From assembly GCF_009914755.1 (NCBI RefSeq), contig NC_060929.1: 64,000 nt of DNA; one strand, 5' to 3'. How positions within the stretch are numbered: position 1 is the first letter of the stretch; the number at the start of each line of letters is the position of its first letter. Of the stretch, positions 1 to 14,800 are shown piece after piece. The translations under genes were made by a program, and so were the position numbers. The notes under the pieces were generated by a model, which was not told where the DNA came from, searched no databases, and saw only the letters and a program-made list of their open reading frames with translations. Source of the stretch: the human T2T-CHM13v2.0 reference genome, Homo sapiens.

Positions 1-69
1 ATCAGACTCAAGGGCCACACAGCCATAAGTAATGTCCCAAATGATACAGTGAAACTGACCTGCCTGGTA

Positions 70-406
70 CAGTCCTCCCTCAGTATCTGTGGGGGTTTGG
101 GAGATTGGTTCCAAGACCTCCCTCTTTAAAATCCACAGATGCTTCAGACCCTGATATAAAATGGCATAATATTTACATTTAAGCTATGCACATCCTTCCA
201 TATACTTTAAATTATCTCTAGATTACTTATGATATCTAATTCAATGTAAATGCTATGGAAATAGTTGTACTATATTGTTTAGAGAATGTTAACAAGAAAA
301 AAGTCTGTACATGTTCAATACAGATGCAACTTTTCCCCCCAAATATTTTCTGAGAGTAGTTAAATCATGAATGTGGAACTCACAGACACAGAGGGCCTAC
401 CTACCG
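70..406 (+). mobile_element. MER2 (TcMar-Tigger MITE)
   Basis: Starts TA|CAGTCCTCCCTCAGTATC. Internal GATTGGTTCCAAGAC, TCTCTAGATTACTTAT and AAGTCTGTACATGTTC match the remembered MER2 consensus. Ends near GAGGGCC..CCG|TA. Confidence 0.85.
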
Positions 407-1042
407 TATGTCACTACTACTGCTGCTTGAACTGTCAACATGACTGGCACAGGACATGAGATTCTTTTACAGGGATTGTGGCCACCACTGCCTTGGAAAT
501 GGGATCTTATTGCAATTGTCACTGACTCTAGAAATATTTATCTGAGACTTTACTTCCTTGTGTCAATGGCCCTCTATTGAAAACAGGGGGTGTGTCCTAT
601 GATTAGTAGAGGCCAGGTAATGTGCCTATGCTTAGTTTTAAGAGAAGCTGGGAAGAGAAGCATCAGGCATTTTTCCAGTTTCTCTAATGGGAGAAGGTGC
701 CAAATATATGACGGGAGTTCAGATACTTGGCAGCCAAGAAGAATGAAAAAAAATCTAATGTATTTTGTGAATCTGATGTTGGTACAATTAGAACTTTCAA
801 GCCATGTAAAAGAAATCTTTGAATAATTTGATTCAGTATATCTAATTGTGTCAACAGAAAACTAGATAGAAAAATTAAGTAGAGAGAAGACTGCTTTTTT
901 TAAGCTTTGTAAGGTATATGTTTTGATTTGACTTTACTTTCTAGTATTCACTCTCTTACAATTGCTCATTTTTCTGTATCATCTGTCCAGGCTCTTCACT
1001 GAAAAAAAAAAGAAAGAAAAAGAAAAAAGAGAGAAACACTGA

Positions 1043-2732
<1,690 letters not shown>

Positions 2733-3216
2733 GCAAATAGATATTGATGCATACTTAAGCCTTAAAAATTAGATAAGCACTTTTTTTTTCTTTTTCTTCT
2801 GAGCAATGAAGACAGTGCAGATTGGTGTTTGGGCAACTCTGAGCTATTATCATCAAACCAGTATTGACAAGTTCTCCTTTGTCATTACCATATTACCTTC
2901 AGCCACATTCACAGTCTCTGCTCCTGCCTCATTTGTTCTCTTTAAAAACTTATGGATAGTCAACAGGCTTTTGAAATGGAGAGAAATAGAGCTGATAAAC
3001 TCTGGCAGATAATTACATTCTTGCCTTCACAAGAGGATCTAGCTGCCACCATGATGAAGTGTCCTATGAAAGAGAAAGGCAAAAATGTCCTTCTCCGCAT
3101 TATATATTAACCGTTGCCAAATTTGGAAGAAAAAAAGACATTAAGCATATTTTTGTGTGAAAAATTCAGTATAAATTCCACCACTCAACTGAAATCTTAG
3201 CTCATGATGGAGTTAC

Positions 3217-3444
3217 CCATTTGTGCAATGAATGCTGACCTGGACTTTCCAATTATAACTCAGCCACATTGAAATATACGGCAAAGCCTGGGTAGGCTTA
3301 GGCAATAGAGAGCTGGGGTTCAGATTCATGCCTTGGAAACATGCTCTCTCAGCTGTGGGAAAAGAAGACCTCATCTCCAGGTTATTGTTGCCTCGTGAAT
3401 GTTTTAGTACTAATTTAAATTTGGAAGTTTTCTTTCTTGTACAT
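3217..3444 (-). other. Candidate minus-strand exon (228 nt)
   Basis: Acceptor TTCTCTTGTTTTTACCTTCAG|A and weaker donor TGG|GTAACT. One frame is open (within ORF 3213..3536). Confidence 0.25.
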
Positions 3445-3689
3445 CTGAAGGTAAAAACAAGAGAATATTCTTTCCCACTGACTGAGTGAAAACTCAGAAA
3501 ATACAAGTACAAACTCCAAAAAAAGGATTGTCGCAAAGAAAATCCTTATTACTGCCTCCAGCATCCCTACACAATGGGGAAAAAGGAGAGCGTGCCCCTC
3601 GCCTAGAAAATAGCTAAGAGTTATAAATCTTAGCACTCCAGGAAAGGGAAGGGGAATGACTCAAGTATTATGATACAAATGCTAATGAT

Positions 3690-3915
3690 AACAATACAAA
3701 TAGCTAACATAGACTGAGCATGTACCCTATGCCAGACATTGTTTTAAGTGCTTTATATTGATAAACTTTTTAATCCTCAAAATAACTCTAGGTACTACTT
3801 CCTGACTTAACAGGTAAGAAAGATGGGCACATCTTTTAATCAAATTGCTAAGTGACACAGCAACTGAGAGTGAAAGGCAGAATTTAAACTCAGGGACTTT
3901 ACCTAGATCCCACGA
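3690..3915 (-). mobile_element. MIR SINE fragment
   Basis: GAGCATGTACCCTATGCCAGACATTGTTTTAAGTGCTTT...TTTAATCCTCAAAATAACTCT, the MIR core in reverse orientation. Confidence 0.7.
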
Positions 3916-4174
3916 TGTGAGCCCTTGAGGAGTCCCAGGTCCTTCTTATGTTTGAGGGGAGGGCAACAGGTTTGTTAGTTCCTGGTCTGACTGCATGTTC
4001 TGCTCTGCCAGAGTGGTTGCTGGGAACAGTCATAGCTCTTAAAATCAGCCTGGCTTTTGCAGAGGAAGCCACGTGTGCAAATCATACACACATTTTCTCA
4101 ATTTACATCACTAAACACCAACCACCACCTTTTATTTCAGTAAAGCATTTGCACCAGTGTTGAGACTCCAGCAC

Positions 4175-4560
4175 TGTTTTAGTCAGGGTAAGTCGTTGCA
4201 GCTGCTATAAAAAGCTTTGTTTGAGGGGAGTTTTCTTTGCTGTAAAAATCTCAGTGGCCTAATGTGATGAAATCTTACTTCTTGCTCTTGTTCCTGTCTG
4301 ATGCAGCTTGTCAAGGGGGCCCTGCCCCCATCAATTCATTAGAGAACCTAGTTTACTTCCATTTTCAACACAAGGCTTTTTATTATCATCTAGCAGGTAG
4401 ATGAAAAAAGAGAGAGAGAATAGAGGATCTCAAGAGAGGCTGTTAGAGGCCAGGCACATGGCTTCTGCCAACAAATCATTAGTCAGAATGTTAAGAGGTT
4501 AGGAAATGTGGAAAAAAGGACAATCATGGTGAATTTGTGAGCACTGGCCTTCTCTGCTAA
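4175..4560 (-). mobile_element. Old MaLR LTR (MLT1J/K-like)
   Basis: TGTTTTAGTCAGGG...GCTGCTATAA...AAATCTCAGTGGC...TTCTTGCTC, reverse of an MLT1 3' end. Confidence 0.55.
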
Positions 4561-5294
4561 AAAATAAACCAAAACCAAAAACAAAAAACCAACTAATTTT
4601 ATGCACTGTATTTACATGGGAGGCTTCAAATAATTTAGGACATCAAACATCAAAGGGACAAAGTATCATTTCTTTGGTCCCTGGGAAGGAAAGGGTAAAG
4701 TTCTCATTACAGAGTAGCATAACAGACTGCAATCCACTCCTATCCTCTGGGTAACACTGTGATCAGCTTGTAAACCTGGCTCTTGGCTTACTTTTGACTT
4801 CCTCTTCAAGCTCTGGTGTCAATCCCTTAAATTCTGTCAATGAAATGATCCCACCACAGCTTTCTCCACCACTAAGACACTCATGTTCCTACTGTAGACT
4901 GTCTTTTTTTGGTCTCATTGATGTTATCTTAGCAAAATGTACTGCTATTAGCTGCTCAGATTTTTTTAAATTTTATTTTATTAAAAATAAAATCGACTAA
5001 TTTTTTCAGATACATTTAGCACTATATAAACTACAGAAACATGAAAATTTAAAATACTCTGAAATCATTATTTTCAATATTTGTGCTGAGTAATATAAAC
5101 TAGCTCCAAACCATCAGAAAAATGCTCTGAAGTTAGGAAACTATGAGCATGTTAGGACAGCAAAATGACTTATAATGGGTGGCTCACTTCATTAAAGCAT
5201 TTAGCATTTCTTATTGTGTTTGCTTTGGAAGCATCCACCTTGCTTTCATGATAATAGAAACACATAGCTGATCATCAATGATTAGTCAAGGGTC

Positions 5295-5580
5295 AAGGTT
5301 AAAAATTTAGACTCTGGAGACAGACTACTGGATTTTATTAACTGTGTGTCTTTGGGCAAGTTCCTCAACCTCTTCGTGCCTCAGTCTTCTCAACCATAAA
5401 ATGAAGATAATAATAGTATCTATCCCATTAGAGTTGATTAAAAAGAGTAAATCAATTTAATCCTCATGATAACCTTGTGAGATAGCTACTATTACTTTGT
5501 ATTGATACACGTAAAAACATGTAGAGTAGTGCTTGGCACATATTGAGTAATCAATACATATTAGCCATGATCATCATTAG
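5295..5580 (+). mobile_element. MIR with an internal inverted core copy
   Basis: CTGTGTGTCTTTGGGCAAGTTCCTCAACCTC...CCTCAGTCTTCTC...AAATGAAGATAATAATAGTA...GTGCTTGGCACATA. Confidence 0.75.
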
Positions 5581-5788
5581 CATCATCGATATTATTTTTG
5601 TCACCCTCCCAATCAAAAAATAATTTTTTCAGTTTTCACATAAAAACTATTTATTTTTGTTTCAAAATAGTTGAATACTATAACTTTAGACTGTGGTCCC
5701 CAAAGAAAGGGTAGAATGAGGATTAGCCATCAATACATCCAATGGCCAAGTCAGTGGGCTTATGCACTCATTCTCAATTATTGATTAA

Positions 5789-6110
5789 GGCTAGGCATGT
5801 TGACTCACAACTATAATCCCAGCACTTTGGTAGCCCTAGGCAGGAGGATCACTTGAGGCTTGGAGTTTGAGACCAGCCTGGGCAAAATCCCCATGGCTCT
5901 AAGAGCAAACTTTTGAAAACTAGCCAGGTGTGGTAGAATGTTCATGTAGTCCCAGCTACTTTGGAGGATGAAGTGGGAGGTTTGCTTGATTCCAAGAGTT
6001 CAAGGCTACAGTGAGATCAGTGAGATAGGATCAGGCCACTGCAATCCAGCCTGGACAACAGAGTGAGATCATGTCTCTAATAAATAAATGAATAAATAAA
6101 TAAATAAATA
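5789..6110 (+). mobile_element. AluJ with (AATA)n tail
   Basis: Diverged dimeric Alu with AluJ-type GGAGGATCACTTGAG and GAGTTCAAGGCTACAGTGAG. Confidence 0.9.
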
Positions 6111-6426
6111 TTGATTGATTCATAAATTCATTCAATGAATGTTTATTACATGCCTACTATGTGCCAATATTGTAACTTTACTACTTTCTAGCTGTGTGTA
6201 CTAGAGCAACTTTCTTTACCTCTCTGAGCTTGGCTTTCTTTATGTAAGAAATAGAAATAACAATATCTACTTCCATCATTGTTGTGAAGAGTAAATTCAA
6301 TAAGAAGCTTCATAAAGCAGTGGCACAGCACCTGGGGCATATAATAATCTCTCAATAAATACATTATTATTCTCTCAAAAATTGATATGAAAAGGCTTTT
6401 GCTCTGAAACAGGGTTCTTTCACGCA

Positions 6427-6715
6427 GTTTTTCAAACTGTAGATCTTATTTGATAATTGGTGAATCAATTTTTAAATAATTTTTTAAAAGAGAATCAACA
6501 TCTTAAAAATACCAACATTTCTAAAAAGAAACAGTACAGCATAATAAAATAGAGTAAAGGAAGATATTTAAATAGGATAACGCAGATAAGAGTGCATCAT
6601 ATGTACAAAAACTTTAGTTTCACTTATATAAATACCTACATGTATATGGGTATTGGTTGTATGTAAACCATCTTTCTTACTACAGGCTTCAGTCAAAAAA
6701 GTTTGGAAGCTTTTT
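6427..6715. mobile_element. hAT-Charlie-type non-autonomous DNA element
   Basis: Termini resemble CAGTTTTTCAAACT ... AAAAAGTTTGGAAGC. Confidence 0.4.
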
Positions 6716-8880
6716 AATAGTATACGAAGAGTGCTATTTTGGTTCCTTTAAGTGCCCAGAAATAAGAACACTGTTTGTGTTTGTTATGATGTGGCAGAAA
6801 TAGCACACATAAGATTTTAAATAAATCAACACCAAGCTTGCTTCGTGGTTTGGTGGAAGGGGTTAAAACTATTGTCTAAAAATAAGATATCACGATTATT
6901 GATAAATTGCATTTCTCTATGCTACTTCTGCTCACTGCCATCCTACAAAATCAAAAAGTTATTTGTAATTTATATGGACATACTGTAACTTTGAAACATT
7001 CTGCATTAAACCTGCCTCCTCGTAGGTGAGGTGAAATCCAATAGTCCTCTGTTATTTCTATTATATCTACTGACACAGACTAAAGGGAAGAGAGCTGTCA
7101 CCAGTCACCTGAAAAACTCAGTGAGTAATTGCCATCTCCTCAGAAGAGTCCCTTGCTCTAAAAGCCTTCAACTCCATATCTGCCGTTAGAGTTTCTTGGG
7201 CACATAGGCCTCCTGTCTCTTTTTCCAAATTAAGAGCACTCAACAGAGCTGCCCCACTGGGCACTAATGAATTCTCTGAGACTAATCTACACAGTAATGA
7301 GAACTGGAATCTGTCACTCACGCTCCCAGGAGCTAGCAGTTCACACACTGCTACATCATCCTATTAAAATAACTTATTAGCTGTGTTGCTTGTCTGCTAC
7401 TATTCATCATGAAGGTGTGAGCAGAGACATGTATTTGAACAACTGATGAAATTTAATTTAAATTGTTCTCCATTTTGTTTTTATGGCTGAATGTGTACAA
7501 GCAGTAAGGAAATGTAAGCATTTTATACAGGTCATAGGTACCTTAAGGAAGTATCAACAAAATTACTGCTTTTCACCAATTAGATGAAACAAAAAAAGTG
7601 AAGTGAGAATCTATATCTCAGTCAAAATATGTGAGGAAACATGTATACCCCCATTCCTTGCATTTTTTTGTCTACCAGGAAATATTTATGCTTTCACAAG
7701 AGGCTTTCATTATAGGTATAACATATTATGCCATGAAACCACTGACAAATCATTCTTGGAGCTATACTGGAGAAGATATATTTATATGGAATAATCAGGA
7801 GTTGGGTGTAATTTTTATCACAAATCCACCAAATTAAGTAAACATTTCTTTGCTGTTTATTTTTGTCAGTAAAATATCTCAGTAAGAGCATGGGCTTTGA
7901 CCTTATATGGAGGTTAAGTCCTGGCCCTCTTGTTTGATAGTTGTGTGATCTTAGGGGAAATTATTTAGCTTTTTATCTACATTTATTTCATTTGTAGAAA
8001 AATAGGAAGAAAATAATACCTATCCCATACTTGAGGTTGTAGGGAGGATTAAATGTGCTTCAGCAGTGCTTGTCTCATGGTTAAGTCCTCAATAACATCC
8101 ATTAATATTAGTATAGTCACCATCATAATCCAGTCCTCCTCCACCAAAGAAAATAATCAGCAAGAAATCATTTTGCATTTTTAAAATTTTTTGTCTGCTT
8201 TTCATGGAGCTATTTGAAAACTGCAACTAAATAGTGCAGCTCAAAAAATATTGGAAAGCAACATTAAGACTTCTGATCAGCCACCCTGCGGCCTCATTCT
8301 CAACCACCTTCACTGCGGAGAAGCATTTCTTACATGCAGTGCTATAGCTCTACCCATCATTAGCTTTATAATTTTGAGCAAGTTTCTTTAACTCTCCGAG
8401 TTTCACGTTTTTCATCTTTGGGAAAGGAGTGATAATACTTCGTTTCTTGTGGTGTTAGGAAAATGACATCAAATGAAATAAACTTTGTAAAACATCTATC
8501 AGTGTGCCTAGCATGTGTAAGTACTCAACAAGCTGCAATAGTTGTGATTGTTATTATTCATGATGTCACTGACACACTGTCTGTAAGGCACAGCTCTAGA
8601 TTATTTTCTGACAGTTGTTAGGTGCAGACTGTACCCTCTCTACCCTTGCTGGCTCTCTCTTATGTCCTCAAAGGCCCGCAGTCCCCAGAGGGCTACCTGG
8701 AATTGGACCGATTATAGAATAGAACTTTTCAAACTAGATCATGTCATACTTAAATAGAATTTGTAACTTTGGCCTCATTAGCTCAACCTTCTAGCAAACT
8801 ACACAAAGTAGCCTATGCTGATGCCCTAGTTGTTTATTCCTAGATCACTAATTAGTTCAGTGCTGTTAAAACAATTTTTA

Positions 8881-8981
8881 AAATAACAGCCGAATTTATA
8901 TTATTGGTGAATAATACTATTCACCATTATTTTAAACAACAGTTTTTTAAATAACAGCCGAATTTATATTATTGGTGAATA
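8881..8981. repeat. Perfect 33-bp direct duplication with inverted spacer
   Basis: AAATAACAGCCGAATTTATATTATTGGTGAATA at 8881-8913 and 8949-8981. Confidence 0.95.
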
Positions 8982-9824
8982 CCATAAGCCACTCATAGCT
9001 TTTCAAAATTATTGGAATTTAAAGAATATTCCAAAAATAACAATCACAAAGGCATAGTTATTATATAATAGGTAGAAGAGAGTTCAGATTTTGTTTTAGA
9101 ATAAATAAATTCATGAACAACTAGCAATTAAAATCTTGCCCAAATTCTATCTAAACAAACTTAAGAAAGAATTCTTTCTTACACTTTGAGCATTGGCATG
9201 AGTAGGTCCTGAGGAGTTTTATAGCCACGTGGAGCATACAAAATGAAGTGTTGGGTTTCCATTGTTTCGCATGAAATATGTCTTTCCAGACATGTGTTCC
9301 CCACAAATCTTATCACTGTTCTCTAAAATGCAATGTATTTTGTTTAAAAGAAAATTCTTAATAATCCTGAAAATGCATATAAAGAGATATCTTCACTTTT
9401 ACTTTTCTTGTCTATACTCACACATCCTCAATAGGTAGCTCACTACTTTGAAGAAGAAGAAAAAATCATAATGGGAATATAATAATAATAGCAAATACTT
9501 CTATAGTGTTTCCACATGCCTATCACATACTGTACACTTTATGTATATTAAGTTATTTAAATCTTACAGCAACCTTATGAGGTAGGTACTATTTTTATCT
9601 CCATTTTTTACATTGTGAGAAAGTGAGCCACAGAACAGTGACTTTCATTTGCTGAAAGTCACACACGTAGAAATGTATAGAACCAGAAATCAAACATGAT
9701 GATTCTTACCCTAAAATATCATCTGGTCAAAATTGTTACATGGCAAAAGCATTTTATATTTATTAACATTAAACATCAAATGTATAGAACATGATGATGT
9801 ACATTCCTGTCTGGAAATACAGTA

Positions 9825-11004
9825 CAGTCATGCATCACTTCATGACAGGGAAATTTTCTGAGAAATAAGTAGTTATGCAATTTCATTGTTGTATCATAGG
9901 GTATAGTTATACAAGCCTAGATGGTACAGCCTACTGCACACTTAGACTAGATGGTACAGCATATTGCTCCTAGGCTACAAACCTATACAACATGTTACTG
10001 TACAGAATATTATAGGCAATTGTAATACAAATTAAGTATTTGCACATCTAAACCTATCTAAACATAGAAGAGATATACAATAATACAGTATAAAAGATAA
10101 AAAAAGATATAGCTCTGTGGGACAATTACCATGCATGGAGCTAGCAGGACTGGAAGTTGCTGTGGTGAGTGGTGGGTGGATATGAAGGCCTAGGACATTA
10201 CTGTGTGCTACATTAGACTTTATAAACACTATACACTTAGGCTATGCTAAAATTACTTAAAAATATATTTCTTTCTTAAATAATAAGTTAACATTAGTTA
10301 CTGTAACTTTTTTACTTTATGAACTTCTAAATTTTTAGTTTTTTTGACTCTTTAGTAATAACAGCTTAAAATACAAATACATTGTACTGCTGTACAAAAA
10401 TATTTTCTTTATATCCTTATTCTGTAAGTATTTTTCTATTACCTTTTTTTTTTTACTTTTTAAATTGTTTTGATAAAAACTAAGACACACACACATTAGG
10501 CTAGGCCTACACAGGGTCTGGATCATCCATATTACCATCTTCCACCTCCATATCTTGTCCCACTGGAAGGCCTTCAGGGGCAGTAATAGAAATGAAGCTA
10601 TCATCTGCTATGATAACAATGTCTTCTTCTGGAATACCTCTTGAAGGCCATGCCTGAGGCTATTTTACAGTTACCTTTTTTTATAAGTAGAAGGAGTAGA
10701 CTTCAAAATAATAAGTATAGTATAGTAAATACATCAACCAGTGACATAGTCATTTATTATCATCATCAAATATTATGTACTGTACAAAATTGTAATGTCC
10801 TGTATTTGTATTTGACTGGCAGTGCAATAGGTTTGTTTATACCAGCATCAGGACAAATATGTGAGTAATGTGTTACACTATGATGTTACAAAGGCTACAA
10901 CATCACTAGATGATAGGAATTTTTTAGTTTCATTATTATCTCATTAGACTACCATTGTATATGCAGTCTGTCCTTGACCAAAAGGTCATTATGGTGCATG
11001 ACTG
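9825..11004 (+). mobile_element. Tigger3b-like (MER7B/Golem) DNA transposon
   Basis: TIRs CAGTCATGCA / TGCATGACTG flanked by TA on both sides, ~1.18 kb, Tigger3-type internal motifs. Confidence 0.9.
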
Positions 11005-11439
11005 TACTGGTATATAATTCCTAAGGAAAAAAATTCCTTCTTTCATATGGCCTGAGTTATCTTAAACTAAGCTATGTTTCTTTCCTGTTTGTGTGGTCTT
11101 GGATAATTTATATGTCTAGTTTAGATAATACAAGTAAGAGACCAGAATTTTTTAAATGGCATTATAAATATCTGACTCAAAATTGAAGGGGTTATTGGCC
11201 TTTGAAGGTGGAACAATGACTAAATGAAGCTTAGGAAAAACAATAACTATAGCTATTCTGGAAAAAGCTGGTTACAGGGATAAACCTGTTAGAGTTGACC
11301 CCCTAACATGCAGCATGCATGTGGTTTGAGAGGTGACCCTAATTCCAGCAGATGATTTAACACACATCTATCACAATGTAGGATCTTTCATATATATTGT
11401 TCATAAGTACCTTCACAAGTTCAAGTTGATTTGACTAAA

Positions 11440-11812
11440 TCAATTGTGATCATTCCATTTTCCCTGTCACTATTGTCTGAGGAAGTAATACTTAAGCCCA
11501 TCAGAACTCAACGTTTTTCTGGCTGTCATTTGCTCAGGAATGTGTGACCTAAGTTGGCCCAAACAGAAACCAATGGAGAAACTTATTCCGTGGTTGAAAG
11601 GACTTACTTTTGCTCCCACTGGAGAAAGAGCTTTGGGACAAAGTTATCTCTGTGGACAACAGAGGAAAGAGAGACTTTCTTGAGCTGCTGAATCAATAAG
11701 CCCTGGGAACCACACCACCTTTCACTTCCTTTTGAGGGAAAAATACATCTTATCATAGTTTAAATTTGTTTTGGTCTGCCTTTCTGTTAATTTGCAATCC
11801 AAACACAGCTAG
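11440..11812 (+). mobile_element. Old MaLR LTR (MLT1-type)
   Basis: 3' end GTTTAAATTTGTTTTGGTCTGCCTTTCTGTTAATTTGCAATCCAAAC resembles MLT1 termini. Confidence 0.5.
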
Positions 11813-11848
11813 GAAACTTGTCTTCACAGCTCAAAACCTGCAATATAG

Positions 11849-14800
11849 AGCTGAAAAACACAACATGAGAACTTCACAATGCAACCACAAGTATAAGTAA
11901 CTGAATAGACCAAGCAGAGGAAAGCATTTCAGAGCTTGAAGCCTATCTTGCTGAAATAAGACAGGCAGACAAGATTAGAGAAAAAATAATGAAAAGGAAT
12001 GAACAAAACCTCTGAGAACTATGGGATAATGTAAAAAGACTGAATCTATAACTGATTGGGGTACATGAAAGAGACAGGGAGAATGGAGCCAAGTTGGAAA
12101 ACATACTTGAGGATATCACCCAGGAGAACTTTCCCAACCTAACAAGACCGGCCAACATTCAAATTCAGAAAATCCAGAGAACCCCAGTAAGGTACTCCTT
12201 GAGAAGATCAACCCCAAGATCCATAATCGTCAGATTCTCCAAGGTTGAAATGAAGGAAAAAATGTTAAGGGCAACCAGAGAGAAAGGCCAAGTCACCTGC
12301 AAAGGGAAGCCCATCAGACTAACAGTGGACCTCTCAGCAGAAACCCTACAAGCCAGAAGAGATTGGGGGCCAATATTAAACATTCTTAAAGAAAAGAATT
12401 TCCAACCCAGAATTTCATATCTAGCCTAACTAAGCTTCATAAGCAAAGGAGAAATAAAATCATTTTCAGACAAGCAAATGCTAAGTGAATTTGTCACCAC
12501 CAGGCCTGCCTTGCAAGAGCTCCTGAAGGAAGCACTAAATATGGAAAGGAACAACTGTTGCCAGACACTGCAAAAACACACTGAAGTACAAAGACCAATG
12601 ACACTATGAAGCAAATACATCAAGTATGCAAAATAACCACCTAATATCACGATGACAGGATCAAATTCACATATAACAATATTAACCTTAAATGTAAATT
12701 GGCTAAATGCCCAAATTAAAAGACACAAAATGGCAAGCTGAATAAAGAGTCAAGATTCATTGGTGTGCTGTATTCAAGAGACCCATCTCACGTGCAAAGA
12801 CACATTTAGGCTCAAAAAAAGGAATAGAGGAAAATTTACCAAGCAAATGGAAAGCAGAAAAAAGCAGAGGTTGCAATCCTAGTTTCTGACAAAACAGACA
12901 TTAAACCAATTAAGATTTAAAAAAAAAGAAGCAGAAGGGCATTACATAATGGTAAAGGGATCCATTCAACAAGACAAGAAGAGCTAACTATCCTGAGTAT
13001 ATATGCACCCAATAAAGAATTACCCAGATTCATAAAACAAGTTCTTAGAGACCTATGAAGAGACTTAGACTCCCACACAATAATAGTGGGGGACTTTAAC
13101 ACCCCACTGTCAATATTAGATCATTGAGACAGAAAATTAACAAGGATATTCAGGACTTAAACTCAGCTCTGGATCAAGTGGACCTGATAGATATCTACAG
13201 GACTCTCCACCCCAAAACAACAGAATATACACGTTCCTCTTCATGCCACATGGCACTTACTCTAAAGTTGATTGCATAATTGGAAGGAAATCACTCCTCA
13301 GCAAATGCAAAGGAACTGAAATCATAACAGTCTCTCAGACCACAGCGCAATCAAATTAGAACTCGAGATTAAGAAACTCACTCAAAACCACAAAACTATG
13401 TGAAAATTGAACAACCTGCTCCTGAATGACTCCTGGGTAACTAATGAAATTAAGGCAGAAATCAAGAGATTCTTTGAAACCAATGAGAACAAAGAGAAAA
13501 TGTACCAGAATCTCTGGGATACAGCTAAAGAAGTGTTAAGAGGGAAATTTATAGCATTAAATGCCCACGTCAAAAAGCTAGAAAGATCTCAAATTCTCAT
13601 CCTAACATCACAGCTAAAAGAACTAGAGAACCAAGGGCAACCAAGACCCAAAGCTAGCAGAAGACAAAAAGTAACCAAGATCAGAGTGGAACTGAAGGAG
13701 ATTAAAACACAAAAAACCCTTCAAAAAAATCAATGAATCCAAAAGCTGGTTTTTTGAAAAAATTAATAAAATAGACTACTAACTAGACTAACAAAGAAGA
13801 AAAGAGAGAAGAATCAAATAGACACAATACAAAAGGTAAAGGGGATATCATTACTGGCCCCACAGAAATACAACCATCAGAGAATACTATAAACACCTCT
13901 ATGCAAATAAACTAGAAAATGTAGAAGAAATGGATAAATTCCTGGACACATATACCCTCCCAAGACTGAACCAGGAAGAAGTTGAATCCCTGAATAGACC
14001 AATAACAAGTTCTGAAGTTGAGGCAATAATAAAGAGCCTACCAACTGAAAAACAAAGGCCAGGACCAGGTGGATTTACAGCTGAATTCCATCAGAAGTAC
14101 AAAAAGGAGCTGGTAGCATTTCTTGTGAAACTATTCCAAACAACTACAAAGGAGGGACTCCTCCATAACTCCTTTTATGAGGCCAGCATCATCCTGATAC
14201 CAAAACCTGGCAGAGATACAACAAAAAAAGAAAACTTCAGGCCAATATCCTTGATAAACATCAATGCAAAAATCCTCAATAAAATACTGGCAAACCGAAT
14301 CCAGCAGCACATCAAAAAGCTTATCCACCAGAATCAAGTTGGCTTCATTCCTGGGACGCAAGGCTGGTTCAACATCTACAAATCAATAAACACAATTCAT
14401 CACATAAACAGAACCAAAGACAAAAACCACATCATTATCTCAATAGACAGGAAATGCCTTGAATAAAATTCAACATCCCTTCATGTTAAAAACTCTCAAT
14501 AAACTAGATATCGATGGAACATACCTCAAAACAATAAGGGCCATTTATGACAAACCCACAACCAATATCATAGTGAATAAGCAAAAGCTGGAAGCATTCC
14601 CCTTGAAAACTGCCACAAGACAAGATGCCCTCTCTCACCATTCCTATTCAAAATAGTATTGAAAGTTCTCACCAGGGCAATTAAACAAGAGAAAGAAGTA
14701 AAGAGTATTCAAATAAGAAGAGAGGAAGTCAAACGTCTGTTTGCAGATGACATGATCCTATATCTAGAAAACCCCATCATCTCAGCCCAAAACTTTCTTA

